64,000 bases of DNA. It comes from Chlorokybus atmophyticus (lineage: Eukaryota > Plantae > Mesostigma and Chlorokybus algae). Made by a program: the position numbers and the translations under genes. Below are positions 23,928 to 37,795 of this stretch, in pieces. The stretch spans positions 156,451 through 220,450 of the forward strand of contig RHPI01003642.1 in assembly GCA_009103225.1 (NCBI GenBank), written 5' to 3'. Under the pieces are notes generated by a model, which saw nothing but the letters and a program-made list of their open reading frames with translations, ran no database searches and was not told where the DNA came from. Within the stretch, counting starts at the first letter, position 1. Each line of letters opens with the position of its first letter.

Positions 23928-26299
23928 CTACCGACAGTAGACGCTGCGTTCTATCTCTGGAGGGATTGGCTTGATCTCTGTACCAAGTTCTTGCTCAATC
24001 TTGTACCTGCACATTGGTAAAGAGGGTCAGGTGCAGGCAGTGACGCAGGTCGAGATCAGTGTGACATGGAACATGCATCCCCACAGCATTGGCCGCAGCA
24101 ACTTACAGGTTAAAGCGGTCTTCATACGTGATAAGGTTAACAGCCAGACCTAGATGGCCGAATCGCCCTGATCGACCGACCTGAAGACAACACATTTAGT
24201 TCTTGATGTCCATCCATAGGTAGAGCGTGTTCCAGCCATGACAGCGGCATGGTGGCAACTGAGCTTACCCTGTGGAGGTACGTTTCTGAGTTCTTGGGAA
24301 AATCAAAGTTTATCACCACATTCACTGCCTGAATGTCAATGCCCCGAGTAAAGAGATCTGCACAACAGCCAATGTTAGCAGGAGCACCCACAGGACAAAC
24401 CTTCAGCTATGCAGGAATAGACATGTACCTGATGACACCAGGTTGCGGCATGCACCATTGCGAAAGTCGTGGAATACTCTATTCCTGTGAGACTGCAGCA
24501 TCTTGGCATGGATGTAGAAGCACGAGTAGCCAAGCTCTGTGATCTTCTTTGCCAGCAGCTCAACTCGATTCACAGAGTTGCAGAAGATGATGGACTGGTT
24601 GATTTGCAACTGCAGCCAGCACAGACGCAGAAGTTAGCGATGTCCATGACTACCGATTGGAATGTTACAAGGCTAGGAAAAAGCAGCCACCTTTGAGAAA
24701 AGTGTGTTCAAGCAGTGGACTTTCTGCCTCTCCTCAACAAAAGCATAATGTTGCGTTATGCCCTTGAGCGTCAGCTCCTCCATGAGGTTGATGATGTATG
24801 GCTTTCGCAAGAAACGATCTTTGAAGTCTTTCACAGTCACTGGAAAGGTGGCAGAGTAGAGCAGGATTTGCCGCGAAGGTGCCAGAAAACTAATGAGCTG
24901 CTCTACAAGTGGCTGGAACTCTGGTGACAGCAATTTGTCAGCCTGCCAACAAACGTGCTGAGTGAGAGGGGCTTCACACAGCAGATGTAAAGACTGCGCA
25001 ATGTCATCTCAGCATACCTCGTCCATGACAACCACTTGGCATTGTTTAAGGTTAGCAACGCCCTTGTTGGCAAGGTCAAGAATTCGGCCAGGGGTTGCGA
25101 CAACGATATGCACTGGCTGGTACAGCCGCATGATGTCATCCTTCAACCCTGTGCCTCCTGTGGTCACCATCACTTCGATCTTCATGTGTTTGCCAAGTTC
25201 CTTGCAAACTTGGGACGTCTGCAGTGCCAGCTCTCGGGTGGGCACAAGAAGCAGTGCTGTGGTCAGGACACAAGTTAGAAACGACTTGTGCATTCTTCCC
25301 GCATGTAATCAACAACACAGCGATCCATTAGCACGGAGCCTGAACAAGTGGGCCAGGCAGAGCATACTTGAGCCCCTTGCCCACACATTCCGGGGGTCAC
25401 GCACAGCAATGACAAGGGCGAGAGTACCTTGAATGTAGTTTTTGGTAGGGTCCACCTTCTCAAGCACTGGGATGCAAAATGCCGCGGTTTTACCAGTGCC
25501 ATTCTTGGCACGAGCCAGGATATCCCGGCCTGTCAGCGCTATCGGAATGCTCTCTTCTTGGATTGGGCTCGGCCTCTCAAAGCCTTTCTCGTAGATGCCC
25601 ATGAGCAACTCGCGTTTCAAGAAGTAGTCTTCAAACTCGTTCCCCTTGGTAGCTGTGACGTCCTGCACAACAGCAGCACATCAGTGGCAAACACAGCCAT
25701 AGTGGAGCAGAGGAGGTAAGAATATGATGAAAGAGCATACGTCGCAACTGATGACTACTATTGCTGGGCAACATCAGTTACCTCTGTCTTAAACCTGTCA
25801 TCTTTTGGGGGCAGAACAAGCTTTGACTTCCAGTCGTCAGCCAATTCGTTTGCAGACTGAGGTCTGTACCCGTACAAAAGACAGTTGGCACGCAGCCATG
25901 CAGACAATGTGAATGGTTGCGGCTGTATGCACGCCTCACCCGTGATCACAGTTTCAGCTAACTACACAGCGAGTTCACAAACCTGCTACTTGCGGGCTGT
26001 GCGGCCGCCTGTGGCTGCGAGGGCGGCTGTGCTGCAGGCTGCTGTGCTGGCTGGTAAGTGACAGCTTTCTGGTAAGAACCATGCTGCGCCTGTTGAGGCG
26101 TCTGCGGCTGCTGTGATTGCTGCTGCCGCTGCTGAGGCGGCTGCTGTTGCTGCGGCTGCGGCTTTGGGCGCTGCTGCGATTGCTGCTGTTGCTGCAGCTG
26201 CTGCGCCTGCTGGTAAGCTTGCTGAGGAATCATCTGCTGCAATACCTGTTGTGCCCTCGTGGGCGGCACCGCCCGAGGCATCATTGTCCTGCCGCTCAT
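23928..26299 (-). CDS. DDX6: DEAD-box RNA helicase DDX6/Dhh1 (plant RH6/8/12 type) with Gln-rich N-terminus, multi-exon
   Basis: [150 protein letters not shown]. Confidence 0.97.
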
Positions 26300-28424
26300 T
26301 GCTGCTATCAGCGACTGCTTCGCTGAGCTCACTCAACCCCTTGAACTTCTACTGTTGTCGCTGCTCTCGCCAACAACGCAAACACAGGCGACGCATTCCA
26401 CGGCAAGAGAACCCCAAATAATTTTGCTGCGAGACAGCGTTCCCCGCACCCTTGCGCCCCCTCCACGATCTGCTTAGCTGCGACCACCTCCTCGTCCTTC
26501 CCCTCCTCCGCCTGCGCGTCCGCCTCGTCCACCGCCGCCGGCTCGCCGAGATAACACCAATGCTTTGCCTCACAGCTATGGCGGATAATTGAAGGGGGTT
26601 TTCGAGACGATCGCAATTGGGGTTTCGGTATATTTGCCCTCCTGCGCAGACTACGCTGTGAACGCAGCGCGCGTCTCCAAATGGCCCTCGTCCATTGCAT
26701 GTGTTGAGCGACCGTTAACCGACGTGATCGAGACTTTTACACTGTTGAACCCCGTTTCCCACCGCACTACCGGTCGATTTCGTGGTTACGGAAACCGTCA
26801 TCAGTCCATCTGATATCAGCATACCGTTTCACTGTTTTGGTGTGAGCTTGTTCGTTCGTGTCCCCAATCAGCGGAGTTGAGATGTGAGACTCATTGTTCG
26901 TAACGGGAGGGAGTTTATCATCAATAAGGTTACACCGTACCAACTTCTTACAATACGCATTCAACTTTTCCACATTTCTCCTCATTGTTGAATTAGAACG
27001 AGTCCAAAGGTACTCCCTTTGTAGCAAAGATTTTAATTTCATCATTTACGACACAATATGATACATTTGATCGTACATGTGCGGTGCTTGCAGACGATTT
27101 TATGCATCTGCCTTTATCTTGCCCTTCCCACCCCAACCTACCCTTGCGCCCTTGCTCTCTCGGGTCTAGGCTAGTGCACTTAGTCCAGTGTAGTGGGCCC
27201 CCCGCTCAGCTTGCTAGCTTGCTCGTTTTCTGTATGTTTTCTGTTTGTTGCTTGCTGCCAAACCATCTGTATCTACGCCTATGTTTGCATGGTGAGAGCG
27301 ACTGGTAGGCTTCACTGCAGTGAAGAGGATCTGGCCCACTTTGTGTCATGACTACAACGACGGCGGGGTTATTGCATGTCTGCATGGTGTGAGCCACTCC
27401 TGCGTGTCTGCCTATTCCGTATGCCATCATACTACCACTTCTGTTGCCAAGAGTCTTGTATCTATGCCAGGCCCCTGCTGTGCTACATCCATCCGTTATA
27501 CCATTATACACGTCATTCAATGTTTGCATACGCATACAACATATATACGTGTCATATTTATAGACATACTATTGCTTGAACACGTAACCTATATAAGAGT
27601 AGCATAAAGCCAGCTCCACAACAAATGTGCTAGCATGCATGCGAGACACACATGCACTGTGGCAAGCACAAGCAAATGTAGCAGCGGTTACGGGGCCAAG
27701 GTAGGGCTCAACTTGAAGACATTCGGCTAGACGTTAAGATATCGATGCTAAATGACTATAAAAAATTTCCTCGGGCAACAAAGCAGGGCAAAGCTGGGGC
27801 AAACAGTTGATGAGAGACAAACTTGCACAACAACGGCAGCGTGGTCAGGGAGGAGGAGGCACCAATTGTGTTGTTGACGATGATGTGCAAATGCTGCCAC
27901 TGTCGTCGTCAATGCTGCTTTACATGCCGTTTGACAAGCATGGTAATGTGCACATCGTAATAGATTACACCAGCATGTATGTTGGTACAACATTTATGGC
28001 AATCATAAAGTGCTGAACCAATTGCATTGTAATACGATCATCACAATTCCATAAAGATAAACGCAATGAGTCACATTGTTGTTGGCATGATGCAAGTTGC
28101 ATGCCACCGTCATATCAAGGACATTGTGTAATTATGCGGGTTTAACCACTAAGCCATGGCCCATGATAGCAAAAGTCGTTGCCACAAGTGTACCGGGCCC
28201 CTCCACGTCACCACATCCTTTCAACAAAAGGTCGCACGAAGCCATGCGCAAGCACTGCACGACCATGCATGCAACATCATTTATCACCGATCATGACATT
28301 CTTAATATCAACAACCTGCTAGTGCGCGCAGAAAATGTCGCACTTGAGGTACACTCGCTGCTAACACATTGAGTACGCCAATGATGGGAAACGCAACGCT
28401 TGCAACTGCGCCAGCAACCATGTG

Positions 28425-31400
28425 TTAGTGTGTACGCTGATGCGTGACCAGATGCCCCATTGCTGTGTGGTACAGGCTTGCAATGATGACAAGCACAAAC
28501 CTGCAGCTGCCTCCGGTTCCTCCTCCATCTAATAAACCAACAGTATGTCAGGTTGAAAATCTGCCAAGCAGCCTCACAAGCAGCAACTGGAGCGGCCAAA
28601 AACTTACCAGTACCGTGACACCCGCAACATGACAACAAGACGTAACAGCAATGCCTCTGGCCAATGGGTTTGAAGGCGTCACCTGCACAGTTGCACGAAA
28701 GACTGTTCAACAGACCGCTCATAGTCTCATAGCAAGCTCCGGTAAAGAGTATATTCAATTGCAATACAGGGACATCAGTCAGTTCGGATACTCTGTGCGT
28801 TTGCAATCAATGTCTTGCTGGAGAGGTGTTCCGAGCGATGCTCGGGTACTTTACCCCAATCGCAGACAAGAGTGCTCTGGATATGCTCATGCCGAGGGTG
28901 CCGCAAGACGTGACCGCTGCCACAATCAAGCTTTCATCAGCCCGCAAAGGCATCGTCATAGCCAACGCCAAACCCAGTGTGCTCTGCAACCAAGTCAAAA
29001 CGGTTCCACTCAGTAATGTTGATTAGCACATGTTATGCGACAAAGCAATTGCACGCTGCTGACAGGTTTCGCTGTCCACGAACAAGCGGCCCCACTCACT
29101 GTTTTGCTGAGCGACGCAGCTGTCACAGGCCATGGTGCTTTGAGAAGGCGTCCGAGCCAAGCAGAACAGATGAGGCAACTGCATTGATGCAACATTCAGT
29201 ACCCACAACCGTCAGCCGCAGTTCACCACACGCAATGGCATCGCCTACCTCGGGACTGTTATCATGCAAGTGAGAAGAAGAGGTTTCAGGTTCTTCTTGA
29301 TAACTGCCCGCTCTGTATGCACCTGCAATAACCATATACATCTTGCAGTTGGTTGCCGGCATGGTTTGCCACACTTAATCTTATGCACATCACCCAAATA
29401 TCAACCTTAAAAGCCAGGGAAATGACCGCCGGCGTAATGAAAGCCATGATTGCCTTTCCTGCGTGGTAGCATGCACAGCACTGCCATCAGTCACAAGCCA
29501 CAGCCGCAGGCTCTGGGTAAACGTTGTAGCAAACACCCCTACCAGAGGTTTGCATGTAACACTGGATGCCAACTCGCCAGCCACTCAACCGCACGGCACC
29601 TACTACAGAGGCAGCAGCAGCCATCAACATGCCACTCAAGATGGCTGGGTTGACCCAAGTGCGTATAGCCTTCGGAAGCCTGCTTGCATGAGACAACAGT
29701 CACACCACAATCAGCCGTCAGCTGTCCACGCCCATTTCAAAGGGTTGGGTGCACCTACTTCGACATGAGTAGAAAGGCCATGACGCTCATGGTGATGAAA
29801 GCAGGTGCCGCCTGAGCCACACAAGACTATCATTGGGGACTTGTCGTTTATCAAGGGGAAAGCCTTGCAATACAAGTGAAGGACTAACACGCAAGGTACC
29901 GAAACAGTGGTAATCCGCTGCGGCCATGCGAACAAACTTGCACCGGATGCCGCAAAGACGCCAGCCTGAAGAGCGCTGTGCACTTTGGCCATACGCGCAG
30001 CCTTGTCTCGATGCAATCGTTCAGCTGCGGCAGCGGCATCCGCCTTGTCCAGCATACGCTCCAAGCTTCCAGCTGCAACAACTGCCGCACTTGCCACCTG
30101 CCAAGAGTGGTACTTGTGTGCTTGTTGCAAAAAGCAAGGCTGCTTTGATAAGATCTTGGCTCAAGCACACCTTGCCTCGGCCACCCAAAGCAATAGCAGC
30201 AGCGGAAAGCGCAATGGCACCTAGCTTGCCTGCAAGCGCATGGCAAGTGTGGTGTTATAACAAGCTTGCTTTTGCAGGCGATGCAGCTCTGTTCATCAAC
30301 TTAGAGCATCACCTGCATTGCGAGCGGCATCTTCACTTGCCTTAGTGAAGCTTTTTTGCGGATCAAGGGTCCTCTGAGGCTTGGTTGGCATATTATCAAA
30401 CAGTCTTTGTATTGCAAGGACGATGCCTGCCGTGGTTACGAGCGCATACAGACAGCCTGCACCTGCAATGCAATCTTCTGTTAAGCAATACAGCTTAAAC
30501 ATGGCGAGAACTTAAGACGTTTCCATGATGATGCCTATCATACCAACCATGATGGCGCCGCTGGACAGAGCGTGTGCTGGAATCGGAGAGAGTGCTATGC
30601 TTGCCTGCCAGCAAGCATAAGCACCATTACGTTGACCAACGCCATCCACCTGCTGTGAGCAGCATGCATTCCTTTCATACCATCGTTGGAACGTAGAATG
30701 CTTGTATCCAACGCTGAAGAAAGCCAATTGCAGGAGCAAACCACCTGTATACTGCATACGGCCTTCAGTGTTATCCCTTATGGAACAAGTGCCACAGCAC
30801 GCTATTGAATACACCATGCTTTTACCAGTGTCACTAAGCTTTGGGTCAGGAGCCAGCACCGCAGCAATAATGGCCAAGCAGACCACAGTTGACGGGAACT
30901 GAAAGCCGAGGGCTGATAGTCCCATTCCTACACCCCGGTCCAACGCAAAAAGCGCGCATATGCCTCCCACTATCCCTATTGAGCACCAAGGCAGTTCAGT
31001 GTGCCGTAGCAGCAGTTTGGAAAAGTCTGTGTTACTCACCTGCAACGTGTGCTGCGGTGCCAATAACAGTCTTCGCATCAGCGTTTGAGCTTCTTGCACT
31101 GTACAGGCTGCCGGTGCGGGCGGCACAAAACACCTTGCTGACTTCGTTGCCAAGTCGTCTGCCTCTGGTGTCATGCACATGCACGTGTCACAACATCGTG
31201 AAAGTCTCAGATGGTTGAGACACGGCCGTGTGTTTGGTACTTACCGGTGCTGAAGTGTAAGCCTGCTGTGGTTGCGGTTTGCGGCCTCATGAAGCCATCG
31301 CGCAGGCCGACAATGCCATGCGACTGCTTCGCCACCATGCCGGCGACGCAGACAGCACACTCCATGCCCATTGTGTAAGGCATGCAAAGCGGGGACACAA

Positions 31401-31429
31401 GCAGGTCGCTGGCATTGCAACACGCCCAT
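28425..31429 (-). CDS. LrgA/LrgB-family membrane transporter, PLGG1-like (plastid glycolate/glycerate translocator family), multi-exon
   Basis: Transit-peptide-like first exons; ALFALDRGVGMGLSALGFQFPSTVVCL; RLPKAIRTWVNPAILSG; STLGLALAM...LIVAAVTSCGTLG; NPLARGIAVTSCCHVAG. These fit recalled PLGG1/LrgB segments but are divergent, and some exon boundaries are unresolved. Confidence 0.7.
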
Positions 31430-32034
31430 GCTTTGCTCTTGCGAGCACTCTTGCAGGCAACACTGCTGCTGGCTAGGTGCAACTCGCAACTAGCCCTCAC
31501 TGCGAGTGCATGCCGCTCTCCTCATGCTGGTTTTATGCAGGGCCAAGAGTCCTGGTCACATAAACGGAATGACTCAAGGTCGGTGCGTTTGCTGGTACAT
31601 GCGTTCGCTCAACGTACAAGCAAGCCCCAAGGCTGACGAACAATACCATGCAGACTGTAAATGCACACTTTCTCGCAAACTCAAGCGACCGCTAAGAGCG
31701 CTGCTGTACTGCACCGAGAAGCTACGACAGCAAGCAAGCAGCTTGCGCAAAGCTCTGCGCAGTGTGCCGTTCATGCAGCGACACGCACTTACATGACAGG
31801 CATGAACACTGCCGACTGACGCTGACCCACAGCTTTTGCGCGCAATGCAGCTTGCTTGTTCAACCTTGCGTGCAGCGTCAAGCAACGCTGCTGCAGCCCT
31901 TCTGCTCCTTTCCCTGCTTGGCCTAGCTAGCAATCACGCCCGCCGCCGCTGCCGCTAGCAGACGAGCTTAAAGCAGGCGTTGCTAGCAGTTGAAACAGGT
32001 GCTTGTGTCGAGCAGTGAGGCGGTGGTCGCGGGG

Positions 32035-33718
32035 ATGCTGCGGGCGACGACGGCGTCCGGGGGGTTGTCGAGGCCGTCGTTGTCATCGTCGTCATTGTTG
32101 TCATTGTCGAAGCGAGGCGCAGGCAGCGCTCCGGCAGCAGGTCGGCCCAGGAGCGGCAGTTGCCACCGGACGTCAGCAGCTACTAACTCTTCAGCCTCAC
32201 GGCTCCGGACGACGACAGAGCGGCAAGTGCGTGTGTGGTCGCTATACTTTGACGCTTTGCTTTTTTGCACATTGTTTGCTGGGTTGAAGCACTACAAAAG
32301 GCATGCAGTCATTCGTCTGTGTTAGCCTGCCTGCTTTATGTATGCAAGCAAGCACAGATAGGAGTGCAATGTCCTGCAAAAGCGTCTTCATTGGCAAATT
32401 GTCTACTTATCAAGCTGCATTCACACAGAAGCAGCCTGCTTGCTGATGCTAGCATTATTACTAAGTGCTTTCACTGGCTGACCGTATGTGTTGCGGCTGG
32501 TTAACAGGCAAGGAGCAGTGACATTGTCGTGAGGTAAGTGTCGTGCACAGTGCTGCTAGTCTCCTGGTGCGAATGCAGTGCGGAGCGTGGGCCAACAGTG
32601 CCTGGCATGCATGTCATCTTGGTTGTGTTTGTAAGTTGTATGCGGTTATAAGCATGCAGACGATGTGTTTGGTTGATGTTGCAGTTCAGACAAGCGGGCT
32701 GTGGATGCGGACGAGCTCCGGCAGCTGTTGCTGACTGCATGTGCAGTTGCTGCTGGAGAGGTCGGTCGTTGTGCAGCAGGACACACTCACTACTGCGCCA
32801 TCTGCTCTTTGCCCAATTCTCTCACTACTCACTCGCTTCGTGTTGTGTTCTGATCCAGAATGATGCATTGAGGCAAGCCGAGAGGATTATCCCGAGTGCT
32901 GTGCGCCTGCAGTATGTGCTTGACCGGAGGTGTGAGACACAATCACATTGGTGCAGGTTGTGTTTACAGGTGATCATGATTGCCCATGTCTTACAAGCAT
33001 TTGCCCTTCTGCAGCAACGTACTGGCTGTTTCGGGGCACGTGTTTGAGGAAACAGATGATGCGTCCTGGTCGTTACCATGGCAGATGAAGCAGGCCGACC
33101 GCGTTGTACTCCCGTTTCAGGGCATTTGGCCAAGACGGCAGCAGCGCAGACTGGTGGCTTTCGCACGAGCGTCAACCGACTGCGCACTCGTAGGCGTGCT
33201 GCATGATGTCACAGTAAGCACAAACGTGTTACGTACTTGCAACAGCGTGCACTTGCACTGTTGTTCGTCAACACTGTCTCTTCGCAGGTGCTACCAAAGT
33301 ATGCTGAGGTGGGGAGACGAGTTGTGCGAAGACTAGTAAGGCAAGCAGCATACCTCATGAATGTTGCATCCATGCAGTATGCCAACAAGTGCAATCCATG
33401 TGGTCGGAATCATTTGCTGCTGGATTCAAAGTTTTGGACACTTATAGAGATCTGAAGCTTCGTGGGATCGAGGACATCGGGCTTTTAGCACCGGAGGGTG
33501 CACGGTACGTGTTCTGTTGCCAAGCGTCTATGTGTGATGTGTATGTGTGCCCACAGCTCATTTCAGCTATATGGGTGCATTGCAGGGACTTTTTCGCTTC
33601 TTGCGGCTTTGGGCCGGATTTGGAGCAGTCCACTGCGATGCTTTACACCAGGCGCGCCGTGCCGCCCCCGTTGCAAGTGCCCTTCAAGCTTAGGACACCG
33701 GACCTACTCGCAATGTAA
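32035..33718 (+). CDS. GNAT-family N-acetyltransferase, Ycf52/NSI-like, probably plastid, multi-exon
   Basis: Ser-rich transit peptide; RRLVAFARASTDCALVGVLHDV, GRRVVRRL, LRGIEDIGL, DFFASCGFGPD...STAMLY. Confidence 0.8.
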
Positions 33719-34063
33719 TGTAAGGTAGTAGTAAACCCTTCAATTGTCAATATACACTAATGTCCACACTGAGAAGTGTTTATTTTGAAAGTTACATTAC
33801 CAGAGTTGTGGTGCTGAATTCCTACCATTCGCTAACGCGCAATGCCTTGTGAAAACTGTGTCTGCTGGACCAACAATTGCACTTCAATTGTCACGACTTG
33901 CACAAGATTGCCAGACTTCAAAACTGCATGGGAAACGCTGTGTGACACCTTTTGCAACAAATTGTGTTGTTGGTGTGCATCCATGTGTCATGCATTACTG
34001 GCAGTACTACACAAACCATCAGCACCTCCACAAGCTATGCACAAGTGCGCAATTACGCACTCA

Positions 34064-36256
34064 TCAGTCAAACGGCCTGTCATCGCCGTTGAATATGGCA
34101 GTCAGCCCTTCTCTATAAGTGGGGAACATCAGCTGCACCGCAAGCTCTTCCTTGATGCGAGCATTGCGGACGCGCTTCTCCGGCACTCTGCTCGTTGCCG
34201 CAACATCATCACCATCCCGCTTGCCAACTTCACTCACGCCCGCCCTCTCGTCATCAACTACAGCTGCAGCAACAACCTCTGGACCTTTGCTACTGTCTTT
34301 TGCCACCAGTCGCCGTGCAAAGTCCAACACCTCCAAACGTGGGGCGGGATCATCATCCACCACATTGTAGATGCGGCTGCAAAGGACATGAGTGTTGAGT
34401 TGTGAGCGTGGTGTGTGTGATGAGTGTGCTTGCACGGTCTGGTCGCTTATGTTATGACAAGACATAAAGTTTCACCCTGGGTTTGGTCTGGTGATGCTTG
34501 CGGCGAGGACCTGGCAGATATCCGCAACGTGGCATCGTGAGGTGTATCTCCTAGCTGCACGCTGTCTTTGCCTCAGTGATCTCGCAGTGTCTCGCTTGCT
34601 CACCGCATCCAATGCACTGCGCACGCCCCGAAAAGAACCAACTATTTACTACATGCAGACGCGTGATTGTGTCTATCTGGTCGCTACTGACCTCCTTCTT
34701 GGGCCATAGATGCCCCCAAGGCGAAAGATGTGGGTGGGCACGCCATGGGAGGTGTGCAGCTCCAGCCAGCGAGCTTCCGCGCGCAGACGCGCCAGGGCGG
34801 TTGGCTCAGACCCCCGCGGTGGTGTGCTGCACTGCATATGTGAGTGCACGTGTACATGCGTGCGTGCATGTGCAAGCACGACAATGTATGTTCGGGTGCC
34901 TGTGCTCGTGGGCGCATATGCATGTGTGTGTACCAAGGAACGTCGAGGGTAGTGTGCATGTGCACGTGATTGCATGCGTGTGTGTACGCGAGTGCATGCG
35001 AATGTATCTCAGACCTATTATATCATGAAACGAATTCTTGGTTACCTCTCATCAACCCAATCCCCTTGCCAGTCACCGTACACGCCTGTGCGTGCATGTG
35101 TAAGCACAGGGCGAAGGAATGCATGCGAGAGTTTTGCTACAACAGTGAAGTCTTGTCCCTCAATCCTTACCAGTGGAGCTCAAATATCCAACCCAATGCA
35201 GGCGTGTAGCGAGGTCCCGCAAATCTCCAGTGTGCGCTTGCAGAACCTACACAACTACACTCGTTTCGCTCCACATACGCGCAGGCATGCCACAAAGCTA
35301 GTCAACCCAACACTCGCGCAAGCATCGCACCGGATCCTCATCAAAGTCCCCGTTGGGCGGGACGCTCAGAAGCACGTGCGTGGCTGTTTGCAGCGCATGC
35401 ATCCCGTCCTCGCTGTAACAAGCACGTCAGATTGTAGTTAGTGTGCGCCTGTATGCGTATGTGCGCGGAAATGCGTGTGGGCCTGTGCGTGCGTGTGTGT
35501 GCGTGTGTATTTGTGACTTTACTGCAGTTGGCCGTCGCTAACGCTGTCGATGTCCTCGTCATCATTGAATAGGTAGGCCGCAAAGCCGCGCAGAGACAGC
35601 GCCTCACACTTGTCCTCACTGCGGCACGTTCCCGACACCCGCCTGGTGGAGTACAAGTCAGGTGTGTAAACTGGCAGCAGGTGGCCATCAGCAACATTGT
35701 TGGAGGCACGTTTACTGTGGCGTACCAATCCATGGACATCGTACAAGTCGCATTGCTATGGCAGCAGCTAGCTGATGAATGGTTGGCGATATGAAAGTGC
35801 TTACGATTGCTTGGCCGTACAAACGATCTCTTTGCCTTCGATAGGTCCCAATCAGACATGCAGACAATCATCCACATGCGATTTATCTAACAGTCAGGGA
35901 ATTGCCACGGACATGTAGTGCAACACAACAATACGCTGAATTGTTTGTTGTTTCATTCCTCAGATTGATTCTTTAGAGCAAACTAGTAAAATTGTACATT
36001 CCTAAAAGCCTTCTTACCATCCTTGTTTGCGCAGAGTATTCGCCAGCCCAATGGCGGTGTAGCCCATCCCAAAGCTGAACAGGTGAGGCTGTTGAGAGGC
36101 CGGCAACCCACCTCCTCCGCCGCCGCCACTCTCTCCCGCTGGCCGCTGCACCGCTCTCACCCGCATGCATGGCCGCGGCGACGCCAACGACGCCGCCGCC
36201 CATCCCGCGCATGCCGCCGGCCACCTCGCCGCCCCCGCCCCCGCCCCCGCCGCCAT
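34064..36256 (-). CDS. NAD-dependent epimerase/atypical SDR (YeeZ-like), multi-exon
   Basis: HLFSFGMGY, RVSGTCRS, ATHVLLSVPP, GDWVDE, ARLRAEARW, IFRLGGIYGP, TSRCHVADICQVLAAS, IYNVVDDDPAPR, EKRVRNARIKEELAVQLMFPTYREGL. Confidence 0.9.
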
Positions 36257-36544
36257 AAATACCGAGATGACCGCCGCTGTCCGGACATCCTGACCGAAAA
36301 TGGCAGCGTCACGTGACAGGTTACGTGTAACCTTCGTAACGTTCAGTACGGAACCGTTTGTCCATCGGAAGTGAAGGCTTTGTTCCACTGAACAATATGC
36401 CGGGCAACGGAGTGCATTGAATCTTGCAGTGTTAGAGCGGAGCTCCTTTCTTGACTGGCGTTAATTTTCTATACATTACAATTCTAATTTGAGTCAGTCA
36501 TACAAGCACGCACTGGCCTGAGCCTGGTTTTGGCCCGGCCCAGG

Positions 36545-36710
36545 CTGGTCTGGTCTGGTCTGGTCTGGTTTAGGGATGCGGTGGTACTGGTCTGGTCTGG
36601 TGTAGGGATGCGGAGGTTGAGTCCAGCTTAGCTTGGTGGTGAGTGGTTGTGTTTGGCCTGACTGTTGGTCCTGATCTGGCCTGATCTCACTTTGATCTGG
36701 CCTGGTCCGG
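36545..36710. repeat. (CTGGT)n pentamer array with a duplicated TAGGGATGCGG unit
   Basis: CTGGT x5 at 36545-36569, x3 at 36587-36601; TAGGGATGCGG twice; degenerate CTGGC/CTGAT units continue to ~36710. Confidence 0.75.
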
Positions 36711-36830
36711 TTGTCTTAAGTCAGTGACTTGCAGAAACCAACATGCCGGATGAAAGTGTAGCCCAAGAACAGCAGATGAGGTGGTAGGTATTACGCAAGG
36801 TGAGGCATAGACACACAATACACAGCAGCG

Positions 36831-37795
36831 ATGGGAGCGATGACGCAAGCCAGGAGGAGAGCGTGGGCCAGGCCGATGGGCATGGATCGCACCAACGCGG
36901 ACTTCCCGGTAAAGCACTTTGGTCTCTTTGTAGCGAGTCATGTGTGCTGCCATAAAGAAGTTGGTACAGAGCTAGTTAACAAACGTTCTTTGATGAATGC
37001 AGGTGCTGAACCGCTTAACCGAGTTCAAGCGGTTAGAGCTCGTACGGGTATGCAGTGAATGTTATCATATTTTCTTGTGACAACAATGCTGTGCAAGTTA
37101 AGAGAGCGCACATATTCCCAGACCTTGACCTTACCGTTGTGATGCATACTCAGCATGCGCACGAGACATTGGTGATGAGGGCCCGCAAGGCGGGGACATC
37201 CCCGCCCTCGCGTCCGCCTCACCCGGCCCTGGACCTCACAGCTCCCGTTCGTTCCGCCCCCGCCCACTCCGCCCGGCCCCGCCACCTGATAAAAGGTGCG
37301 TGCCTGTACGTGCGTGGGTGAGATTGTGTGTTTGTGCATGTGCATCGTTGTATGTCAATGTTGATACAACGGTGACGCCAATCACAAACAACTGCAGAGA
37401 GGTGTGCTGCAATTGATCGCGAGAATGCCATGCTGTTGACCAAGCTGGAGGAGATCGCCGTGCGCGCATCTACAGGTCGTAGTACCATGCAATTCAGGTG
37501 TGATGCAGTTCCCACACAGCATACAGACACTTGCGCCGACAACAATGACAACAACTTCTCCCGTTCGCCTTCCAGTCCCGGACTTAGGTTGGACGCGCAT
37601 CAGAGGCCGGTGATCGACAACGTGGCGCCGCTGCGGGTGCACACGGGAGCCGGCAGCAATAACGCTATCCTGAGGAGAGAGGAGCTGGAGCGCATCAACT
37701 GCGAGAACGTTACGTTGCTCAGACGCATCAAGCACGCGCACAACCACGACGCTATACCCACCGCGGCCGACACCATCCAACAGGTGCAGTGGTAG
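36831..37795 (+). CDS. CFAP97/KIAA1430-domain (Hemingway-like) flagellar-type protein, multi-exon
   Basis: Two family-like helices, AAIDRENAMLLTKLEEI and NAILRREELERINCENVTLLRRIKHA, with RPVIDNVAP between them. 5' exons approximate. Confidence 0.55.

Noticed and set aside
25980-26299. Gln-rich N-terminus of DDX6 as a novelty
   Set aside because: Low-complexity N-terminal extensions are normal in plant DDX6-type helicases.
36568-36575. Interstitial telomere (TTTAGGG)
   Set aside because: Only a single unit, embedded in the CTGGT array.
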